A DNA stretch of 62,989 bases, counting the filler, from Choristocarpus tenellus KU-1152 (Eukaryota > Protista > Phaeophyceae): NCBI GenBank assembly GCA_964200185.2. It is 6 parts of 6 records of this genome, joined end to end, with 100 filler letters (N's around TTAATTAATTAA, not from the genome) between each part and the next. Parts side by side here need not be neighbours in the genome. Positions count along the whole stretch, not along the records: positions 45,346 to 55,164 come from CAXNAD020003365.1; positions 55,265 to 59,072 come from CAXNAD020017811.1; positions 59,173 to 62,989 come from CAXNAD020017758.1; 3 more parts are not named here. One strand, 5' to 3'. The position numbers and the translations under genes are program-made. Each line of letters begins with the position of its first letter. Position 1 is the stretch's first letter. This document shows positions 48,701 through 60,111 of this stretch, piece by piece. The notes under the pieces are model-generated. The model was not told where the DNA came from. It did no database searches and worked only from the letters and a program-made list of their open reading frames with translations.

Positions 48701-51700
48701 TGAAGGTCACAAACTAGATTGGATTGATCACAATGCCATGTGCCATAGGGTTTCTACATACCTGAATAAGTGTTGATGGAGTAAGGTCTGGTCTGAGGTC
48801 AGGAAAAAGGGGGATAGGGCTATAAATGGATTGCATCATTAAATGGGAGAAGCTTTGAAACAGTAGTGCATGGTAAAGATTGGGCATCATCAGTTACAAA
48901 CTCTCCCAAGGTGATTGTCAGTGCAGATCAGACATCTTCAGGAGCAGCGGTTGATGTGTTTTGGATGGAACATGCTGGCTTGGTCAGTCATATCGAGTCG
49001 CATGATCAAGGGCATAGCAGCATCTCCAGGTTCCAGGTTTGAGCTCTACGGGTTCAGGCTCAGGTTGCGCTTCAACTTTTGCAACTCAAGTTATGCTCGA
49101 AAACAGCATGGGGGGGAGGGTTTGCAAAGAGCATTTGTTGCAGGGTGGTGGCTACTTCAGAACCAGCAAATGAAAATCAGAACGGTTTTATCCTAGAAGA
49201 GGAGAGAGCACTTGTCAGTCAACTAGTCAGCTACATATGAGATAGTATGATGTCAATGTTTTGGAAATGTCTTGAATGGGAAAGGGGGGGATTTCTATAA
49301 TGAAGGTTGTGTGTCAAGAATTAGCAAAAATAAAAAAAGGCTGTCAATCACATTCTAGAGACTGAATTTGATATTTTCCGAGCACTAGATTGTGCTGGTA
49401 CTTATGTTTGTGTCAGACGTTGTCATGGCCTTGAACCTCTTTTTTTTTGTTCTGAGTCACGTTCACATTAGTCATGAGGGGAATGTTACTTGCAGATTTT
49501 TCATAGTATCGTGTTGACATGACCGTAATTGGGAAAATTGAAGGAGGGGAGGGGAGGGGGCAGTGCTTCCTGAGCAGTTGGGTAAGAAGCTCCATTGTAA
49601 CTGTGTATGTTTGCATTTAGGGTCTTGAGAATATTGTGTTGTTGGGCAGTTCAGTTCGTAAGTGTTGGTACCATCGTTGAGAAGAAAAAATAATTTTTTC
49701 AAGGGTGTCTTGAAGTACCTTAACATCTCATTTTTCTGCTAGTGTGGGGTGAAAATGAAAACAGGTGGTTGGCATTGTATGTTTTGTCCATTTGGGTTTG
49801 TACCAAGGCCTACCGGCAAGATTGGAGGGGAGAGAGGGAGGGAGACTTGATGAAAGGACTCATTGAAGGGTAGCACATCATGTTGTGTGATAAGGCCTCA
49901 AGTAGAGGATGCTTTGAGTTCATGATAGTATGTGTACAAATTGTGACCTCCATGGCTCAATGGCTGCAAAAACTGGTGTGAACAATTCGTGGGGTACTTT
50001 TCTGTATTGATTTTTCATGTACCTTGAGTGATTCCTATTGGTGGGGGTTTCTGATAATTGTTCTTACTGGTTTTCTGGTATTATATTTTTTTGGTGTTGG
50101 TTTTCTCATTTCTACCTTACTCAAGCTCAGGGACCTCACTGGATACGTGTATGTGCAGCAAAGTAGTGAGGCATGTTACCAAATACTTCAGATTGTGATT
50201 GCATTCGATTGGGTCGTGATTTGTTTTTGAGACAGATAAAATCTGTTGGTATGTACTTATCTGGCAAAATGCCGTTGTGGTTTGTCATGTAACAGTGAAG
50301 ACCGGAAAGGGAGAGGACTCAGCGTTGCGACAAGCCGAAAGATGTTTGTTTGTTTGTTCTTTGCTAGGAAGCAGAAACCAATGAATTAGTCGATTTGTCA
50401 GTGTGAAGCGAGACAAGATGGAAATTGTTAAATGCAAGACCGAGATAAAGACATCTCTGAAATGAATTGCAGTCAGGCTTAAGACTGATGTTACTCTTTT
50501 GTCTCTTTTGCTGCTGTTGTAATGCTGTACGAGTTGCTCAACTGTTTCTAAGCACTCAATACAAGTGTTGTAATCCTGACACCAGCCCTACCCGATTTCT
50601 TTGTGCACCTATGAAAACATGTTGGCACCAACCAAAAATATCTGTTGAAATTGTTCAAATTGAGGGCAACTTAAGTTGCCCCTGTTTTCTCTTTCTGTCT
50701 GGGCATGGTTTCCAAGTCAAGCTGACCAAGGCAATTGTGCTGCAATATACTGTAGCTCTCAATCTTTCCGGCGGCCTAAGCCATCTTCTCTTTTATCTGT
50801 AGTGACTTCTAATTCAAATTTGATGCAAGTACTCCAACAAGGCATATCATATCTCTTCACTCTTACCTGTGTGGCACAGCACACTTTGCGGGAAACATAA
50901 ACTCTACAGGTGGCACGTTCTTTGATTCTTGCAAAATGGAGTGCTCTTTGTATTGAAAACGATTTTTGAAATGTGAAAATATGAAGGTGAACACGCTTAT
51001 CATGTTGCATGTAAAATCCGGATCTTGGTTGTCTCAGAATTAAGTGTTACATTTTCGAACAAGTGTGTGAAACTTCTTACATTTTCTGCATCTAGTTGTT
51101 CGTATTTTACTCACTAGAGGACAGTTGTCACACCTGGCACATGTTCCAACCACTTGTCTTTTCAAGTGGGACACATAGTTTTATCCGCAACAACTATGTA
51201 AATGGTTGTTGATACCGTAAGTGCTTGAGGTCTTCGGTCATCCTCTTATTCCCTAGGCTTCTTTTCAAGAACCCCCCTCTTAAAAGTGTGCAAACACTTT
51301 CATCACGTTTGGTCATTGGCTCGAGTTTTGAAAAGTGTTAGACAGCAGTGCATGTGATCTCTTGTATATTTCCCCACATTACTCTCCTCGGTCTTGGGTA
51401 TGATCTATAACAGACAATACCTTCTCAGTACCAGTGGAATTCACTGCTGATATTGGTCTGCAGCAGCCCTTAGCACTGACATGCATTTTGATTGTTGAAG
51501 TGCTGTACCTCATGTCAATAAAAAGTAATGGTCAGTCTGGTGTTGCCTACTTGCTTTCGAAATGCATACAGGGGGTGTTTGTCCTAACTGTGAAGTCTTT
51601 AAATTTCCTTGCCCATTAACTTTATGCGCCCACCGATTCCCCCCTACCCTTCTTTGCCATTCTTGTAAACCTATCTGTAAACCCTTGAAATTTGTAGGTT

Positions 51701-51834
51701 TACTTGCGGAGAGAAATTTTGAAGTACGGTTGGGACAAAAAAAATTCAACACAGTCGTCATTGAAATATTAAGTTCGACCAACTCTACACAGTGGAGATA
51801 TCTCTCAGAGCTATGTAAACTTTGATGTGTGAGA

Positions 51835-52229
51835 TGTTCCTTTCCCAGCTGTGTTTCCTGATTTCATGTTTCAATGCTTGTGCTCATCCCAAGGGGCTCT
51901 TTTCTGAATTTCATGGACAATGTAAACTTTTTTCATATTTCAAATTATGATGGTAACCCTTACATTCAACACAACCTGTGGATGAAAGCCCAATCAGCCT
52001 GAACTTTGCTCCAGGAAACTTGAAATTCTTGTTCCTTTCCCAGCTGTGTTTCCCGATTTCATGTTTCAATGCTTGTGCTCATCCCAAGGGGCTCTTTTCT
52101 GAATTTCATGGACAATGTAAACTTTTTTCATATTTCAAATTATGATGGTAACCCTTAGATTCAACACAACCTGTGGATGAAAGCCCAATCAGCCTGAACT
52201 TTGCTCCAGGAAACTTAAAATTCTTGTTC
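51835..52229. repeat. Recent tandem duplication, 2 x 195 bp
   Basis: Units start at 51836 and 52031; I count 3 substitutions between the copies. Confidence 0.9.
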
Positions 52230-55093
52230 TCAATCTTCAATTTCAGTTGGGAGGATTCTACTCTACTGCTCAAAGTATTACAGAAGGTTGACTCTTGAAT
52301 TACACTTGTGGTTGTTTTGTTTCAAAGTCGGAACAGAAAATCTTCTTTGAGCGAGCCTGTGGATGCTGTCAGTAGTGTTAGGCACTACTCTGCTGTCTGT
52401 TGCTTTGAATGCTGTTCCAAGGATTGTATGGTGTGTTTCCGATTTTTAGTACTACTTTTAGTTGTTTTGTTGCCTTGTGGTTGGTTGTAAGGTATGACTT
52501 CTGCCCTGAAAAGAGTGTTACCACTGATTTCAAGATGTGCATGAATAACCCTCTGCATCATGCTGGGTCATACCTGCTGCACACATAGCACACCTCCGAG
52601 TTCCGTGGGAAGACCATTGTGCTCACCACAAGGAAGCACTGAACAATCGAAAGTGAGCCAAGAGTTCAAGACACTTCACAAATGTGAGTTTTTTTTCTTG
52701 GTAGTCCTTCATTGCACAAGAAAATGTCCGGACTTTTTTCTGATTGCCTGTGTGCCAAATCTCCAACTAGCATGTTGTGCACTAAAGTGTAGGGATCACT
52801 GCACTTCTTCGTGGTAAATTCCTAGTAACATGTTTCTAGGTGCTACACACTCTTCCTGGTGTTGATCGTACCAGCTGGTGTACAAGTGTGTATGAGATAA
52901 AACGTCGTGAATGTATGAGAGATTGCAGATTTATAATATGAAGGTGTTTATTTTGGTACCTCAAATCGTGTTTAAAGTGGCGTCGTGAAAAGAATGATGA
53001 ACTATTTCCCTCTCCTGTCTGGAATTACTCTTCTATATGTCAAATAAATCATGATTAAACTCATTTGTGCTTCACAACCTAGTAGAGGAGTAACATGTAC
53101 AAATATATTGATGTGAAGGTTGAAGGAGTAGTGTAGGTATACAAGCCATTTCTACCCAGGGATCTTGTATTGCAAATGATGTACCGAATACAACTCAGTG
53201 TTGAGGAATGATGTACAACTCCCAATATGTTGGTTACCATATACACATGATTGGTAAATATCGCCCCCTATATTATCATCTAAGAACGATTTGTCCCCAT
53301 GTGTTGAGAGAATATAATAGTATGTCTGTGATCTGTCTGTACCTCATCCTTACACAAAAATATTTAGGTTCCAACTACTGTAATTTCATACAGTCAGTAC
53401 TTGGTTCCGGTGTTGTTCTACGATGATAAAGAAGCATCACCCCAATACATCTAAACCGCCACGTTGTGGGAGCCCCAGTAGTGTCCTGGGTGATGTGACA
53501 TCTGTAGTGTGTCATGCTGGGGTTCCTTAACTCTGGTAAGTTTATAACATGCACCAGTACATTGTTCTATATGTTGACAATTAATTTTCACATTTTTCGT
53601 ATTGGTACTACCACCCCTGCGTTAAAGACATGTAGAAATATTTTTTGTGCCACTCAGCTGTCGATGAAACATGTGCAATATTGTATGTGCTGCTATCCTA
53701 CCTGGAAAATGTGTACAAAATGTCCCCTCATAAAAATATATTGATTTGAATCCCTCCAAAATTATGTGCCCTTGTGAGCACAAGTTGCACAAATCACATG
53801 GTGTTGATTCATCATCTCATCGTGCTGTTGGAAGATTTGTCCCACACCACTCGGAAATATATCAATGGGTACAACTAATTGTCCTTCAAAAATGGAAGAG
53901 TTCACTCCTAAATGTTTGATTTGTGGGGATGCGCCCCCAACATGCATAACTCCGATTTGTGGCAGGAATGGCCTTTGATTTGTACGCCATAAAACAGATT
54001 TGATTTGTCTGATACGTGTACCATTCACTTTTTTTGTGGGTTCCTTTCAAAGGACTCTTGATGTTTCTTGTTCACAAGTTGGAATTGGTGAATGATATGG
54101 CTTTTTCAATGTCAACTGCAAGAGAGCTTTGACTCCGGACCATGGTGATGGGAGTTTTTGAAGTAATATGTTCAAAGAAAGCGAAGTGTTTTTATTTATA
54201 ACTTATTGCAAGAACTCCATGTTCTGTACTCTGTACAAGTCAAAGTCCTCACTGTGACTCATGCACACCATTTCATACACTCTATCAGAGTGTACCAACA
54301 TCTAAAGTGATATCCCACTACTTTTATTTATAATATTACCCTTTCTATTGCCCCGTGTCACCACCAGACCGTAGCCGGCGATCTGCAAAGAGATACCTAC
54401 CTCGTGATGATCAAATTGAGCCTTGTGTACAAAGGTACAAAGGCGATTGACATAATAATGGCTTCAAAATACTATTGTGAAAAGAAGACTGCAGTATAAA
54501 TTACGGTAACCTGAAATATGTGAAAATATGTACCACAAGAGTAAGGAACATTGGCATCTGCTTATTGCTTGTTCCTGAGTTAGCACGAATGAGATTTTGT
54601 GAGACTATGCATAGAGGGAGGTCCTGTTACCTTGTTCAAGTACAAGGTTGCTCCATTGATGTATGCACACAAAGATACATCGATCTTTTGCATTGTGCAA
54701 CAATCAAGTCAGTTGTGGGTTGATCTGCATTGCTAGATGTGTTTTCAATTGTTGCCAATGGCCATTGACCCTACCGATCTAATCTTCATTGGAACAGTGT
54801 ATTCTTGCACGGATTGCAAAGAGGTCTCCCCTTCTCATCCTTTTGATCTTCCATGATAATGCAGGGTATTTTCAAAAAGATTCAAAGCATATTCAACAAA
54901 CTATGTCATGATACTAAATATTTTTTTAATTAACAAGACTCTAGATCTCTCGTATTTTATTTCACTGCCTAGTGTCCTCTCACACATAATTTCAAAACCC
55001 AGTCATAACTCCTGTTGCTGGTTTAGATGTTAACATTTGTTCAGTTGTGGTGCTCGCCATTGCCTTGATTGAGCCCTATATGTTCATCATTTT

Positions 55094-55164
55094 GGCTCAA
55101 AGTATCTGGGAGGGGGTGGCGGCTGTCCATTTGGGGTCAATTTTTCTTGTTGCGATTTTTGGGT
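55094..55164. mobile_element. MITE family A left part at contig end
   Basis: GGCTCAAAGTATCTGGGAGGGGGTGGCGGCTGTCCATTTGGGGTCAATTTTT...GCGATTTTTGGGT followed by the gap. Confidence 0.75.
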
Positions 55165-55264
55165 NNNNNNNNNNNNNNNNNNNNNNNNNNNNNNNNNNNN
55201 NNNNNNNNTTAATTAATTAANNNNNNNNNNNNNNNNNNNNNNNNNNNNNNNNNNNNNNNNNNNN
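55165..55264. other. Artificial contig linker
   Basis: Same 100-nt linker. Confidence 0.97.
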
Positions 55265-55328
55265 ATTGCGACATGAAAAAATTGACCCCAAATGGACAGC
55301 CGCCACTCCCCCTCAGATACTTTGAGCC
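55265..55328. mobile_element. MITE family A left part, reverse orientation, at contig start
   Basis: AAAAATTGACCCCAAATGGACAGCCGCCACTCCCCCTCAGATACTTTGAGCC is the reverse complement of the family A left end. Confidence 0.75.
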
Positions 55329-55365
55329 AGACGATCCTTGTGGCCTCGAAGACATCGACACACAC

Positions 55366-58300
55366 CTTGGTAAAGTACATCCACCTCCCCACAGAGGATT
55401 GCACTCTCCTCTAGTATGACGACCAGGTGCTCGCTCATGATCTGCATGGGCGAATTCATCACCCAGCAAGGTTCAGCCCTTGCACTATTGGACTGATTAC
55501 CAGGCGTGGACCTTGAGGACTGCTTCCCCTTCATTGTTGATCTATAACAGGAATCAGTCGCTGTCCCTGCATTGCGGGACATGTTTCTCACATGTACATC
55601 TGATTCGTTGGAGAAATCCACATCTTTGAGGGTGAAACCGGCCAAGCTCAAAATACGCTGACCTGATTGCCACCTAACGACATGAGATGAATCCGTGGAG
55701 TTAGACCTTTGCAAAGCAAGAATCGTATGCAGTAAAAATGACAATTCAAATCCACCCTGTTTGGCGCACAGGAACCCCTCCCTCATCACTAATACGTCAT
55801 GAATATGTATGACCTCCTGGCGAAACAGTGTTCATTAGAGTGAAAGTATCTTAGAGGGTACGAATTTTGCCCTGTTCGTCCATTTGGGCCTTGTCTTTCC
55901 ACGGGTATGTAACGACACTTTAACTACTCCAAAATGTTTCGGAGTAGGTAAAATGTGTATGTTATGAAAAGAAGTGTCCGGAACAAGGATATTGACATCT
56001 ACTAACGAACATGATGATCAAAATTACATCAAAATTGTAAAGTTGGACTTTACCCCCCAAATGGACGCGGCCCTACCCTCTAAGATACTTTGGCTCTTAA
56101 AAGCACTTCAAACAAGTGCACCAACTCCTTGAAACTACAATCGCTTCAGCTTGCAGTGAATCTGCCTCATAGCTGGGTTGATCAAATACTCATCTGTGTG
56201 GTATGGGCTTTCCTGACACCACCCCCACCACCACCACCTTGGAAGCCTCACTACAATAATCTACATATTGCAGGAAATCGTTCCATTTCAGGACAACATT
56301 ACACCCAACTGAACCTGTAACTACTGCCAAAGACTGACACACTGAAGCCCTGTTGAACAGTGACCACTTTCAAGAGTTTAAGTCATATTTCTATACTTCC
56401 AACAACAGATCGTTGCTATTGAAACATTGAAATCTGAGACTTTTTGAAGAACGTCTGCCATGACTTCTGTGCTTCAGGCACCATCATCATTACCTCAAGG
56501 AAGGGTTCAGCCTCCAATAGGTGCGTTTGTATTAGGTAAGAACAGTGGGGGGTGGGAAAATAAATAAGATATCATAGCACTAATTTACCACTGTTAGTAT
56601 ATGTACAATCTGGTAATAGAAGTAATGCAATAGCAAAAACTTGAGGGAATGTCCTCTGGAAGAAATGGCGCGCTATATATGAAAGCGATGATGGGAATAT
56701 TTTAAACTCTACATACAAGCAATTGAAACTGTAGGCGGCAATGGGCTCTATAAAAAGTGAGATAGAGAGATTCCGAAGTAAGAGTTGAACACCCATAGAA
56801 GCACCTGCTGGTGGATGATAGCCATACCCCTCTTCCCTCATGCAGTAATAGTTCGTCCTACATGCATATGTCTTGCACCTTGCTCTACTATTAGACCACC
56901 CCCACATCTTGTTCCTCCAGCATATCTTTAAATGATAGATCACTACACACTACACATATACTCAAGAGGCATTAATGACTCTCGGTTGAAACTGTGAAAG
57001 AGAATTCGATTTTGGTCTTCTTCAGTGTCAAGTCCTCTTTGAACCTTTTGTAATACACACCATACCCATGCAAAAGATGCAGATAACCCGTCTTAAGAAC
57101 GTGTGGCTGTAGAAAAAGGTTAGGTGAGAATTCTGTTAGCCAAAAGCTCCCTCCACAATAACCAAACACATAACTACAAGTCAGTCGGAGGGACCCTTAC
57201 TCTCAACGACACCTATCTATAATGGTATCACTCTTTCAACCACAAGGTCTACCAAACGTATTTCCCCTAAGGATGCAAATGTGGACATTTGAAAGCACAA
57301 GTTCCTACATCCTTGTATATGTCCTGGGGGTGACTTCAATTCTTAACTGATGAGATTTTTCTTACCTTCCCACTCTCCTGTGGAATTCCTTGTTGTTTAC
57401 ACGCACCCGTAAGTGCTGTCCATTACCCCCTATGGTGTTCTTGATTAGAGTGGCAATTGTGGTGCATAAAACCTTCCTGTCCTGTGGCAGATCCACTTCC
57501 AAAGGCATCATGTTGTTGACAACATCCACTACTGTGGAAATTGTGGCATCCATACTTTTTTCCTAGTGGAAAAAAACACCAATTTTGTTTACCGTGTTTG
57601 TCGCATATACACGTGATGCATTGTGAAGAAAGTGACTCCAAAGAATACGCAAAGTATCTCTGGCGGACTACCAATAACAATATCCCCATGGCCATTCCAA
57701 TGCATGTACGGTCCATCATACCCAACAATGCGAATATATATATATGGGAACCCCTCTCACGCACCTGGGATATGAACGTCCCATGGTAGCTGCCGTCCAG
57801 AGAGTCGACCCAGTCAGTATCTGATACTTGGAAGTATTGCCCACCAGTAATACGAAATATCAAGGGATGAAACAAGGGTGAAATACTCCAAAGTGTAAGA
57901 GTAGTGTTCTAATTCGGACTAACGAGCAATATACAGGGTATATTGTTGTGATGGAGAGGGAAAGAATGGAACTATGATGTGCGGTGTTGGCCATTTAAAG
58001 TGACGATTTGGCATAGGCACAAGGACTGTTCTTCAACTATGTAGATGCTATAAGTCAATATTACCCCTTGTTTGCGATTACTCATTAGCACATTAGATTA
58101 AAAAATTACCAGCGCCAGTACCCTTCCTCTTCATGGTGTCTTAGTATATCAGGGCCCCCTAGGGAAATTGATTCAAGAGGGATCCCTTCCAGGAAATACA
58201 CGACACTTTTTCCTGTCATGACCTTTCAGATCCACTACCCCAATATAATTGTACAACACACTGCATGAGCACACAAGAGTATAGTACTGGGTAGATGAGA

Positions 58301-58801
58301 ATATACGCCAAGTCTAACCACAGCCCTTAGAGGAAACCACTATACTGTGATCTTTATGTTATAAAGACATCATCATTAATGAGCAAAATCGATTTTGAAA
58401 TAAACGGAAGGGTTGAGTGCAACATTTTGTGATAACTACAAGACCCCCCCACACACATCAAAGAGATCCTACACACCTACCCCGGAAGGAATTTGTTCCA
58501 ATCTTGACGTTATTGAGTCCCAAAAAATAATGCAAAGATTAATCAGATACTTGCCAAAATCCCCAAAGCTAAATGATTTGGTACAGAAGAATCATCACAG
58601 GGGGACTGCACAGTCCTGTAGTCGAGCACAATACTCCCCAATACACCAGTAGGGTTGACCCTTACCGAATGGAGAGTTGTACACATCATGCCCCTCTGCC
58701 ATGTAATCGCCACCTGTACCGCTCACAAAATAATCCCCTTCGCGATTAGGGGTGCCTGATCCAAAAGCTTCCTCTCTGCTAAGCCAGATCGCCTGCACCA
58801 T
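55366..58801 (-). CDS. Partial PUB-domain protein (putative p97/CDC48 adaptor) with an upstream UIM-like motif
   Basis: Minus-strand exons 58801-58666, 57826-57765, 57562-57366 and 55673 to about 55366; intron phases 1, 0, 2 all match. The last splice gives LCTTIATLIKNTIGGNGQHLRVRVNNKEFHRRVG|RWQSGQRILSLAGF, matching the PUB pattern (L.K...NI......YR.IR..N..F..RVG...G...L...GF). The first exon begins MVQAIWLSREEA. Gene ends are not defined. Confidence 0.7.
55838..56096. mobile_element. MITE family B (259 bp), in an intron of the PUB gene, 3-bp TSD TTA
   Basis: GAGTGAAAGTATCTTAGAGGGTA ... TACCCTCTAAGATACTTTGGCTC, flanked by TTA on both sides, the typical PIF/Harbinger target site. Confidence 0.85.
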
Positions 58802-58981
58802 CTGCATAAGTACAGCAATTCCAAAGTTCAACATGGGTCCCTCTGCATTGCAAACGTTCCTGAAATTTTGCCCTTCCGCAATGTCGAATTTACGTTTTGT
58901 TTTTCATTTACAGTGGTTGGAGACCAAACTAAAGAGAAAGATGCTCAAGCTCCACCTTAATGTCGGTCTTGTTCCGATCAT

Positions 58982-59072
58982 GGCTCAAAGTATCTCGGGG
59001 GGGGGGGGGGGGGGGCTTTCCATTTGGGGCCAATTTTTTCATGTGGGGGTTTTTTTTGGATTTGGTTTGAGT
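58982..59072. mobile_element. MITE family A left part at contig end
   Basis: GGCTCAAAGTATCTCGGGG(polyG)CTTTCCATTTGGGGCCAATTTTTTC followed by the gap. Confidence 0.65.
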
Positions 59073-59172
59073 NNNNNNNNNNNNNNNNNNNNNNNNNNNN
59101 NNNNNNNNNNNNNNNNTTAATTAATTAANNNNNNNNNNNNNNNNNNNNNNNNNNNNNNNNNNNNNNNNNNNN
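59073..59172. other. Artificial contig linker
   Basis: Same 100-nt linker. Confidence 0.97.
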
Positions 59173-60111
59173 CTTCTTCCCTTCACCTCCCCCCTACACT
59201 CCCCCCCCACCCCAATGGCAAGAAAACAAAGGGTAGAACAGAATTTGGGACTTAGTTTGTGGATATTGACCTACTAATAAAATATGCACTGCTTACAGAA
59301 ATGAATTTTGTAACAATAAAATAATCTAAACCTATTTTTTAAAAGTAAAAAAAAAAAAATTGTAAATGCACATTGGTTGAACAATATCAACAGGAAGTAC
59401 AATAAATAATAGTAATAATAATAATAAAAATACGAGTAATAATAATAATAATTCAGGTTTAGAAGTACTTGCACCGACCAAGTCATTCTCTATTCAATTT
59501 GTTTGAATGCAACACAAGTCTACCGTAAACTGAGTGTTCCAAATACAGAAGTGAAGTTGTTCATATTTTTTATTTGTTGATAAAAAAATCTTCAGAACAA
59601 AACACAATATACAAGAAAAAAAACATTTTAATTTGAATTGCCACATCTCTTTTGCCAATAAATTTGAAACGCTTCAAACAAATTCTTAATTGAAAATGAT
59701 GTATTTTCAAATAAAATAAATTGTTTAAAAATAAATGTTCTATAGTTTGTGGGATATCACCAGAAAACATCTCTATCAGTACCCCAACAATAATAATTAC
59801 AATATAATAGTATCCAAACCTAAGACTGTACATGGTATATATACCCTTAAAAATATCCCACGAAACTCAAAACACACACACATTAACATCATGATCATAT
59901 CCAACAAAGACTGTCTAAGGTACATACATATATATATACCCTCTAAGGACACACCACAATCACACACACACACACACACACACACAGCACTGCAAACTTG
60001 TCATCAGATAACAGCCAGTATCATTCAGCAAACACAATGGTGCCTGCTAGTGATGATCAAGACTGTGCTATATACACATATAATGCATTTATGTACATAT
60101 TCACTACGTAC

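Noticed and set aside
50467-54900. Long stretch that looks like decayed minus-strand coding sequence (Cys/His clusters)
   Set aside because: Stops in the frames examined and no identifiable transposase, RT or viral motif; needs a frameshift-aware search.
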